A stretch of DNA of 37,823 nt from Macrostomum lignano (taxonomy: Eukaryota), in the NCBI GenBank assembly GCA_002269645.1, contig NIVC01001404.1, positions 1-37,823 on the forward strand, given 5' to 3'. Numbering within the stretch: the stretch's first letter is position 1; the number at the start of each line of letters is the position of its first letter. This document shows positions 15,851-29,300 of this stretch, in pieces. A model generated the notes under the pieces. It saw only the letters and a program-made list of their open reading frames with translations, ran no database searches and was not told where the DNA came from. The position numbers and the translations under genes are program-made.

Positions 15851-16125
15851 CAATAGTAGTAGAGGATAGCACAACTTGCCGCAAGGAAAACCGCGGAAAT
15901 TCCGTGGGTCCGCCGTGAGAGTACATATAGGGCGTGTGTGATTACATGTACGTAGGGGTAGAGCTCCGCGGGAATTCCGTGGGTCCGCCGTGAGAGTACA
16001 TATAGGGCGTGTGTGATTACATGTACATAGGGGTAGAGCTCTGCGGGAATTCCGTGGGCCCGCCGTGAGAATACATATAGGGCGTACATGTACATTAGGG
16101 GTAGAGCTCCGCGGGAATTCCGTCG
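15851..16125 (+). repeat. Dispersed ~60-bp hairpin-containing repeat (copy 1) followed by a 75-bp tandem amplification, ~3 copies
   Basis: CAATAGTAGTAGAGGATAGCACAACTTGCC...CCGCGGAAATTCCGTGG recurs at 18183-18240 (+) and 24849-24908 (-). The 75-bp period is visible at 15901, 15976 and 16051. Confidence 0.8.
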
Positions 16126-16342
16126 ACCGCGAAGTAAAAATTGTAACTGGTCTCCAAATTTTAGCATTTGTCCCAATGCGTCAATGCATTCCTCGTTGAA
16201 TTCTATGCAGAAACACTTGATCTTGGCATTTTTATTTCTCGATAAGAAATCATGTATCTCAGTTCTATTTTATTCAAAGAAATTAAAAAGTTTGGTTTTG
16301 GTAATTAGAAAGAAAGCATTATTTACAAGATGGGCTAAATAT

Positions 16343-17468
16343 ATCGATTAACAGTAGAAAGACCATGGGGGTGTATTTCAAATACACACATTTTCCTTTG
16401 TCTGTATCTCCGAAAATATTCAAACAATTGCCATGAAAATCCCGAAAACAGGCTAAAATGTTTCCACTCTATTTGATAAAGCAACTTCGAGAATCACAAA
16501 AAATCGGCATCGTCGAGATATTCAACGATTCTCCTCGGGGTGTCCGGTGGCAAAAACCACCACATTAGCAATTTTTTTCTGCTCACAAAATCTCATTATT
16601 AAACCACGTCGGCTCAAGAAACTATGCATGTCAGTCATAGAGGCCTTTGTTCTCAGCATTCCAGACACCAGGGTCTCCTTCATCACCGTCTGGAGCATCG
16701 GCGGCGACCGTCGGGACCTTCAACAAAAGCACCCGATCGGCATCTCAGAGAAGGCTGCGTTCCCAAAACTGAAATGGAAGAATCCTCTTCTGCATGCAGC
16801 ATTCAGTCAGCAGACACAATCGGTGAATGAAATGGACGATGGCGACCCTCTAGGCTGACCTGTAGACATACGGACGACCTTCGGGACCTTCAACGGAGTG
16901 CCACCACACGGCCCCGACGAGCTGGCACCACCAACATCGTGAATTTTCTGTCAAGGCACCAAACCAGGCATGTCTGCATATTATACAATGGTCCTGCACC
17001 ATGTTCAGCATTCTTCCATTTCAGTTTTGGGAACGCAGCCGTCTCTGAAATGTCGATCGGGTGCTTTTGTTGAAGGTCCCGACGGTCGCCGCCGATGCTC
17101 CGGACGTTGATGAAGGGGACCCTGGTGCCTAGAAAGCTGAGAACAAAGGCCTCTACGACAGATGGACCCAGATTATTGAGCCAATATGGATTCACCATAA
17201 AGGTTTATCCAGTGTAGTGTTGGTTGTCCTTGCCACCACTGTCTTCGACAAGAATCGTTGAATATCTCGACGATGCTGACGTCGGATGACTTTGAAAGTT
17301 AGTTCGTCGAAAAGGGGGGGGGAAATTTTGATCCAAATGGTGGACTTTTACGAAAATCGGTTATTTGGTTTGCGAGCTATGGTGAAATTGGTTGTGTGTA
17401 TTTGTAATACACCCCCGTGGTCTTTCCCCATGGAGAAAAATAGCGTGGTCTTTCTACTGTTAAACGAT
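16343..17468. mobile_element. Non-autonomous foldback / MITE-like DNA element with nested inverted repeats
   Basis: Outer IR 16343-16390 vs 17393-17468 (right arm carries an internal insertion with a 10-bp duplication); perfect 26-bp IR 16507-16532 vs 17251-17276; 150-bp imperfect IR 16634-16783 vs 17010-17159. TTAA lies at 16348-51 and 17460-63. No transposase ORF seen. Confidence 0.8.
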
Positions 17469-18182
17469 GTTTTAAATACGAATATAGTTGCCTAGCATCT
17501 CTCACCCTTTTCTGTGGGTGGTGGCTGCGTTGCTAAATGGAATTTTTTGCTGAATAATAATCAGTTTTATGTTCCCCGATACTCTTGGCAGCCAATCACT
17601 TCTCAAGTAGAAGGACGGAAACTATACGTTTCTTGGAAAATTCTAGGAGGCCGGTTTTACCGAAAAAAATTCGGAGACAGGAGATTTTCATTTTCATCGT
17701 AGGATGTTGAGCTTCATCGTGCTCATAGTTTAGAGCTTTTACACATTTTCGTTCCATATTTATATTCCTGTTTATTGCAGTATTGCGAAGTGAGCACAGT
17801 TCGTAATAGTTTGAGAAAAAACAAATTAAAAAATCGTTTTGAATTGATGTTGAATGTTGGCTTCGGTATGCAAGATTCGTCACCCAGTTCTTCTTGGGAG
17901 CAAGTGAGTCTGGCACAAAATAATATATACTTTTGTTATTCTTAAATGCAGAATACTCTTGTGAAATTTTAATTTTTATTTGACTGGGTATTGAATGAAG
18001 CGAGTACTGCTTCGCGCACCCAACTTTTATTCTGTACACAGCGATCTGGATTCTTGGGAATCCAGAGACAAATTTATTGTTACAAATTTAAGTGGATAGT
18101 TTTGATCAGACATTCAATGCTATTGTCGTCGTATCGTTATTCACTTTCTCATCTCTCGAAATTCATTCGTTATCTCGTTGGT

Positions 18183-18240
18183 CAACAGTAGTAGAGGATG
18201 CACAACTGCCACAGGGAAAGCCGCGGAAATACCGTGGACC
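18183..18240 (+). repeat. Dispersed ~60-bp hairpin-containing repeat, copy 2
   Basis: CAACAGTAGTAGAGGATGCACAACTGCCACAGGGAAAGCCGCGGAAATACCGTGGACC aligns with 15851-15910. Confidence 0.75.
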
Positions 18241-18376
18241 CCGTAGGCAGATAATTAACGATAACCAACATGGCGAACTTTCAACTAGGCGTATTTTACT
18301 CGTAATACACTAGCCCAAACCCTAAAACTATTACGTGAAACCTAAACCTAACTTTAAAACCTCACCCTAAACTTAA

Positions 18377-18667
18377 GGGGTTGTGGCCAAGTAGTAAGAG
18401 CGCTGGACTCACGACTTGAAGGTTGGGGGTTCGATTACCGATCTCACTGGAACAATTTGTGTCTTTGAGCAAGACACTTGACTCTGCCTGTATTGCTTCA
18501 GTTCACCCAGCTGTAAAATTCAGCCGTGTGTGGCGACACCCAGTTCTTGGACTGAACAGCCGTACGCAGCCTTCAGATGCGCCACTCAATAGCTGCAGCT
18601 GAGCTGTCGGTTGCACATCTGCCTATTGGGGCAGGTGTAATAAATTAATATTATTATTATTATTATT
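18377..18667 (+). mobile_element. tRNA-derived SINE with a CORE (MIR-like) domain and an (ATT)n tail
   Basis: A-box-like TGGCCAAGTAGT (18384), B-box GGGTTCGATT (18427), TGTGTCTTTGAGCAAGACACTTGAC...GCTTCAGTTCACCCAGCTGTAAAAT (18457-18519) matching the recalled MIR CORE consensus, and a TAT-repeat tail at ~18649-18667. Confidence 0.75.
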
Positions 18668-18910
18668 AGTACTAAACTAAAACTAAGATGCTTAAGATGC
18701 CAGGCATCTTTTGCTTATTTCTCTAGTTACAGTAATTTTGCTCAATGAAAACTTGCTTTTAACATTTGCAACTCACAGTGCAGGTTCTAATTAAGCTACT
18801 GGTATTTTATGAGTGCTAAAAAATCTCTACAGCTGGTGCAATATGCATTTTCATAGCGAAATTATAACACTTAGTTTCGTCTGGCAGCGAGACAGTCCGC
18901 GAGGCAGTGT

Positions 18911-22530
<3,620 letters not shown>

Positions 22531-23553
22531 TTGGCGGCTTTGAAACTTTTTTTCAAAGTTTCCCAGCTGAAACTTTTCCATTTACTTTCGAGAATCTCTT
22601 GCTACTGTCATAGTTTCCTTACTCTTTCGCACCAATGTGGGCTATACTATTAATCACCGAAAAGTGTTAAGCGACTCAGATTTCAATCGTTAGTGGTGAG
22701 GAATTCTGATTGGCTATTAAATGGTTTTTTGCTGCTAAACTGCCCGATTTCCATTTAGGCGCCATCCAGTCATTGAAGAAATTCTAGAACCAAATGCCGT
22801 ACCTTGCGCAAGACACCTTCAACCCCTCGCAAACTGCCCATAAAAGTTTACCTGGGTGTCACTTTTCGCGTCATAATAATTAGCTTAGCTAAACAATAAC
22901 CCCCCCCCCCTAAAACCTTCGGTCAAGTAGAATGGTAATTTCCTTGTATCGAAGGTGCAACACGCCACAAAGCCAATCCAGTGAGGCCTGTATGTTTGCT
23001 GCAAGGGATGTCAATAGGATTCCCTGGGATGCCAGACAGAAATATCAACCTGAGGGCGGAGTTATTCACGGACAACCAAAATAGCACCCACCAGTTGCGC
23101 GTGCATTTATTGCGAATCAAGACGAACATTAAGTTTTGTTTAGGACTTTACGAATTTCGTGATTATTCTAGCCAAAGTGTGTTCAGGTCAGGAAGTGCAT
23201 GTAGACGAAGGAACGGTTGTACCAATCGGCCGTTCGTGGTCCGGTTCACTGTAAAAGGCACTGAACTCGATTTCGGCAGGTGCAGATGCAGATGCAGCAG
23301 TCATTGTCCTCTTAATTTTCTGCGCAGGTTGCAGGTGGCTTGTTTTGTTAGGTTGTTAGTTAGTTGTTTGTTAGTTGAAAAATCGATGGAATGGCTCCTG
23401 GATGCAGCGGCCTTTCGCACATTTGCTAAGAGACCTTAAATTGCTCAACGAAGCAAGATGGAGAGAAGTCCATTCTCTCTATTCTATATGGTCAACAGAT
23501 GGTCTGTGGAGGCACAGATATATATAGAATATAGACTGCGAATCTCGGGGGCT

Positions 23554-23925
23554 GCCCAGGCTCGTTGTGGGACAAAAAAGCAATACAAAAATTGGTCCTT
23601 CGCCCACTGCCCCTTTCGATAGATATGTGGAACAAAAATTAGTTAATAGAGAGGACAGAGTGAAGAGAAGTAGAGAATAGAAGAGAAGAAGGAAAAAAAT
23701 CTTGCATATTGAAACTGTGATTCCACAGGTATAAGTTTGCCCAGGCTCGTTGTGGGACAAAAAAGCAATTACAAAAATTGGTCCTTCGCCCACTGCTCCT
23801 TTAGATAGATATGTAGAACAAAAATTAGTTAATAGAGAGGACAGAGTGAAGAGAAGTAGAGAATAGAAGAGAAGAAGGAAAAAAATTCTTGCATATTGAA
23901 ACTGTGATTCCACTGGTATAAGTTT
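23554..23925. repeat. Tandem duplication of a ~185-bp unit (23554-23738 and 23739-23925)
   Basis: Two near-identical units with a few substitutions and indels. Confidence 0.9.
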
Positions 23926-24124
23926 GAAAATGGTACCGGTTTTATTCACACTGGGTAAACTGTATTCAATATCTAATACGTAAAACCCACAGTTCGCCCA
24001 AACGTTTTTCCCACTGGGATTACGAAAAGAAACTTTATGTATACTCAGCAACATTAAAAAGTCGCCACCCTATGCGCCAGTGAGCAATTTCACTTGGACT
24101 ATTCTGAAATAGAAGATACGAGAA

Positions 24125-24790
24125 TGCTGGTAGAGTCGCTCGCTTGGCGAGAAGAATAAATAGAAAGCTTAATATCAACATTTGAGTGTGATTTCAATTT
24201 CTAACAACTTCAACGCGTTTCGCACGCCATGGTGCATCGTCAGAATTTTATTAGAACGATTTGAGAAATTGAGATTGAAAGCGATTGACTAAATATTGGT
24301 TTTTGCAACGTACACAGGTAAGAAGGGTAAGATTGAAAACAATTGATTACAACTTGGCTTTAACAACATACATAGGTATAGTAGGTAGGAGAGAGAATTA
24401 TAGATTGAGAATGAAAGTTAAACCAAATGTACACAATTCTTGTCCAGTGGTCCAAAGGCAGAATCAGGGGCGGTAGCTAGCTTAGGTAATTGAACGTCAA
24501 GCTAAGTGTACACAGCGTGCACGACTGTGTCACTCACTATTCAGAAAACGCGGAGAACGTGACCTGCACCACAATGTTGTAATTGGGTGTTGAGATTCGG
24601 GGTCTGAGCTTTTATGTGCAGGGCCTCGAGAATTCTAAGTTTGGCGTCAGTATGGCTTTGGTCAATGATTTTAAAGTGTTCTTCTGGTTTGCAGTCATTG
24701 CAGTTAGTGCATTCAAGGAGGTGAGTTTGTATAGCAGATGGTTTGAGCCAGTGTTCCCTGATCCTCGTGTGTATGTGTCTTTTGGTTTTC
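24125..24790 (-). mobile_element. 5'-truncated Penelope-like element: C-terminal GIY-YIG endonuclease fragment (24790-24541) plus 3' pLTR region
   Basis: KTKRHIHTRIREH...SAIQTHLLEC...FKIIDQ...LRILEALHIKAQTPNLNTQ matches the Penelope GIY-YIG C-terminal pattern (TxRxLxxRxxEH, LE, PxLN). Flanked by an exact 12-bp direct repeat AAGATACGAGAA (24113-24124 and 24791-24802). Confidence 0.85.
24199..24256 (-). ncRNA. Minimal type-I hammerhead-ribozyme-like motif in the Penelope pLTR
   Basis: Minus strand reads TTCTAATAAAATT-CTGACGA-T-GCAC-CATGGC-GTGC-GAAA-CGCGT-T-GAAGTTGTTAGAA. It has the CUGANGA and GAAA cores, a 4-bp stem II, palindromic ACGCGT stem III, a GUU cleavage triplet and an imperfect stem I (TTCTAATAA/TTGTTAGAA). 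Confidence 0.7.
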
Positions 24791-24848
24791 AAGATACGAG
24801 AAAACCGATCGGGGTAGCGTTATCCAACCCTCGCACACCGCTCCCCCA

Positions 24849-24908
24849 GGTCCACGGAATTTCCGCGGCTTTCCCTTCGGCAGAGTTTTGCTATCCTTAC
24901 TACTGTTT
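24849..24908 (-). repeat. Dispersed ~60-bp hairpin-containing repeat, copy 3 (inverted)
   Basis: The reverse complement AAAACAGTAGTAAGGATAGCAAAACTCTGCCGAAGGGAAAGCCGCGGAAATTCCGTGGAC aligns with copies 1 and 2. Confidence 0.75.
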
Positions 24909-24974
24909 TACCCTAATCAAGCTAAGGTCTAGTTGCAACTGCACAACCCTTAATTAACAGAAAATTTTCCCAAA

Positions 24975-25125
24975 CGTGTTTGCCATCATCGGATGCAACA
25001 GCCAGCAATTATATGACACGGCCGAGATCCACTGCCCGATGAATGAGCGGCATGTGGACGCTCGTGTCCTCCCGACTGTCGGCTGCCCCTATTAGACACT
25101 TTTGTGATTGGCCAGTCGGTGTACG
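24975..25125 (+). pseudogene. Decayed Kelch-repeat exon fragment homologous to paralog 2 (33226-33378)
   Basis: ATGACACGGCCGAGATC[C/T]ACTG[C/T]CCGATGA, GTGGACGCTCGTG and TTGTGATTGGCCAGTC[G/T]GTGTACG are shared in the same order, with frame-breaking indels between them. Confidence 0.8.
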
Positions 25126-26327
25126 CATTGTACTACTATCTGAATTTTCAGTGTGATCTGGTAAATAAGACAGAATGCTGATGTGATAGCTTTATCAACT
25201 GAGGCAGTAGTGTTGCATTGAAGGAGTAAGAAAGTGCGCGAGAGCTTAGCTGAATGTGTTGATTAGTTGGCACTGAGGCGGTTGGTGCAGACAGATAACA
25301 AGTGCGCATGGGGTCAAGGAATACTAAAGTGCGTAGAAGGACACAACACGCGAAATCTATGGGATGAGGCGGAAGGCCTTTTAGTTTCAATAGATGGAAT
25401 GGCAGCGAAGATTTTGCACTGCATTGCGCGTATATTTATACAAGTGAAAACAGCGCGAGATTATTGAGGGTCCGAGGGAGGTGCGCACATGTGGAGTGGC
25501 GTGATTGGCTACGCCAACCCCCTGGCTTAGCGAGCCGGCTAGCGCGGTGCGCCACCACCCCACCTCAGCTAGACAGAGGTTGGCGGGGGGGTTTCCAGTG
25601 CGGCTGCACTGGTGCTGCCGGTCGCATAGTCTGGCCGCCACAGGGAAATATTTTGAAGGTCACTTTACCAAACAATGTCACTTTTGAATGGATGCACGTG
25701 GAGATGTCTTTTCTCGCTGGGACCATCGAAATTTATTCGCCTTTAGGATAAAATAGCATTCGCGGCTTTTGCTCTAACTCTTCGAGGGGTTCGATTAGCC
25801 GAGTAGAATCTGTAAACAATATAAATAAATGTTAGTTGCAAAGCGTTAGCATCCAGCTAAATGTTTATCTAAAGTGGCCTTCAAAACTTTTTCCATGAAA
25901 CGTGAGTTGTCGCGTCCTGTATATATGTCGCTTTAGTTGTCCTTGTATGGGCTGGGGTTGAATACTCGGGAAAAATCAGGTCCCTCTGGAAATCTGGCAC
26001 GTGCAGACAGGATCTGCGTGCGTTATTGTTTTGCATGATTGCGGAATTGAGGAATGCAGATTACCGAATTGAAAGGATATCTGCTTCATGTAGCCAGACA
26101 TTAACTATAAAAATATCACAATATTTATAGTGTCTACGGTAGAATTTTATCTACAATATAGAAAAAAGTTTATTATGTTCTATGGCAATTCATTTCGTAT
26201 CATTCACATGTGGCATCTAGTGTTTTTCAAGTATTACAAGGAAGCAAGTCGCCTTTGGCCTAGATGACTGAATGACAGACGGAGGAGTTCACAATTGTTG
26301 GCAGTAAAATCATTAAACTAATCTGCC

Positions 26328-29300
26328 ATGAATCAATATCCAAGAAGCGACCACAGCGATGGCAATGGTTTTGGCAAACAATTTTATATCATTCAGGAGA
26401 CAGTTTCAGAAAATCTTAACAATCGTGAACAAGAGCCAGCCTCACACGGTGTCATTACCGAGTCAGCATCAGACAATCTGAACGCAAGTGAACAAGAGCC
26501 AGCCTCACACGGCGTCATTACCGAGTCACAACCAGACAATCTGAACGCAAGTGAACAAGAGCCAGCCTCACACGGCGTCATTACTGAATCAGCACCAGAC
26601 AATCTGAACGCAAGTGAACAAGAGCCAGCCTCACACGGCGTCATTACTGAATCAGCACCAGACAATCTGAACGCAAGTGAACAAGAGCCAGCCTCAAACG
26701 GCGTCATTACTGAATCAGCACCAGACAATCTGAACGCAAGTGAACAAGAGCCAGCCTCAAACGGCGTCACTACCGAGTCAGCACCAGACAATCTGAACGC
26801 AAGTGAACAAGAGCCAGCCTCAAACGGCGTTATTACCGAGTCAGCACCAGACAATCTGAACGCAAGTGAACAAGAGCCAGCCTCACACGGTGTCATTACC
26901 GAATCAGCACCAGACAATCTGAACGCAAGTGAACAAGAGCCAGCGTCAAATTTCATTCAGAAGTCAGTACGAAATAACCTTCCGGATCATGGTGTCACCT
27001 TTCAACATTCACCAAAGTTGTCAATTTTTACGGATGTTCCTACCAAATCATGCGATGTCCTGCCGCCAAGTATAAAGGATGAAAGAACAGAAAAGTCTCT
27101 CGATATTTCCGACTCTATATTCGAGCAGTCTCACATACAAAGTACAAACGCTACTGAGAAAAGTAATAATTTGCAAAGAGCCTTTCCTAAGCTGACGCAG
27201 ATGCTAATGTCTAATCAGCTGGAGCCCCGGATGCATCAGCTGGTGCAGGAGTACATCAATACTGAATGGGACACTGACTGGCTATCTGCAGACCTATCGT
27301 TCTTCAACACCTACACGGTTGTATTGGTGGATTCAGGCGAGACTAGGCAAGTTAGTCCTCAATTGCTCAGCTTGCACAGCACCTATTTCAAAGCAGCATT
27401 CCAGCATTCTCAATCAACGTGAGTACTGAATTCCTGAATACTTCTAAGGTACTCAAAGTGTAAACACCTAGTAGAGAGATTTTAATAAAGTTAAGACTAC
27501 TCTGCACTATTTTGGGCAACAGCATTTTGAAATTTTAGACTATGCGCGCTATTCTAAAAGAATGATATTGCCGCCTTGTGGTGTCAAACTACCCACCTCG
27601 CTCCAGGACCTTAAACGTCTGTCTGGGCTCAATGGCACATCTCGAGCCGCATGTCAGGGCCATCATTGACTCGATAAACAGCCCTGACGATCAGCTGGAC
27701 ATCACAGTGGAGAACTATCTCGAAATTTTTTTAGCCTCTGACTTTCTCGGATGCAATCAGCTGCAGGACCGCTGTGTGCAGCTTATGAAGTGCGTATTTG
27801 CCCACAACGCCGTGGAGTCTCTCAGAGCTTTTCACTCTCTTTTCAAATACTTTTCTTACGAATCGTTTAAAGTCTGTCTGAAGCCGATACTAAGAAATAT
27901 TAACAAGCTGAACCATGATGGATATCTGCAGCGCTTGGAAGTAGATGAGCTGGAATATTTGCTCAAGCACGACATGCTGAACTGCAAGATTGAACTCGAC
28001 GTAAGCACCTTAATACTTTTAGATTATTGCTTGCTTAAATCAGTCTCCGTGTGGTTTAGAATCTAAAAAAGCGTGAAACATTTGGCAGGTATTGCGAATA
28101 ATCGACCGGTGGATGCATTATCGGCGTAAGGTTCCGGATGCGGAAATCTCACCGCAGCTGGACCGCCTGATGTGCTGCGTCAGATCCAAGAAGTTGACTG
28201 GTTGCGAGAAGATTTATTGTCGAAAGAAGTTGCCGCTGACTACGAAGTCCATTTACAAAGGGCTTATTACAAAAAACGCGGACTCTTTTAGTGACTTCTT
28301 TCAGCGTTACAATCGGAAAGTGCATAAAGAGTCCGAGGAAAGGCAGCCTCACCAAGTGGTTTTGCTGCTTATCTGCTGCTCCATCAACGAGTCAGTAATA
28401 TCTCAAGGCATTCCCCGAAGCCAGCCGCTTGCCCATTGCATGTACGTCAATCCCTACAATGGAAAGCTACTGGATGGCCCGCCAGATGGTCGAAAGTGAG
28501 TTTTGTTGTCCACGCAAATCTTCCATTTTTTTCTCAAGGGAATTCTAGGTCATTTCGCATTTAGATTGTACTCGTAAATTAACTTTTTATTTTACGAGCG
28601 TACGTGAGTTTTTTTAATTTGCATTATTTTTCACTAGTGATCTTTATATGCACGAGCTCATTATAGCTGCGGCATAGTTGTACTCGTACTTTTACTTTCT
28701 GGCTTGTCAAGCAGTTGCATTAGAAGGCAAGTTTATTGTCAACTCGAAAACAGTAGTAGCAGAGCGCTTTACATGCAATAACAACATCAAACGACGATCG
28801 TCACGATCATGGTAGACGCGCTATCCATGCTTCGCTCGCTTCCACCGACGATTGGAAGACAATTAAGTCACGCAGTAACAGTCAGGACGCGGGACAGCAA
28901 CCGCAGCAGCCTTCGCCACCAGAGCAACACAAACTGGCCCCAGAGCAGGCGGGCTTTCGCCAGGGCAGGAGCACCGAAGAGGTCCTCGCCCACACCTGCC
29001 AATCGATTTTTGATGGTTTTGAGGAACAACCAGCGAAACGCTCTGCCATATGCCTACTCGACTTCAGCAAGGCCTATGACAGAGTATGGCGCGCTGCTCT
29101 GACTGTTAAGCTATACGAGCTCACGGTACCTGCTAGATTCATCCTCTGGGTGCACAAATTCCTCAGAGACCGCCGCGCCAGGGTGAAATGGCAACAAACT
29201 ATCAGCAGGGAAAGAGTCCTCGAAGAGGGCTTTCCACAAGGAAGCGTCATCGCCCCCACCCTGTGGACTACGTACGTCAACGACCTGCCGACGACCATAA

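Noticed and set aside
18377-18450. tRNA gene
   Set aside because: A and B boxes are present but there is no complete cloverleaf or acceptor stem; it continues into a CORE domain and tail, so it is a SINE head.
22900-23480. ORFs 22981..23439 and 22923..23129
   Set aside because: No domain signature or coding-like composition.
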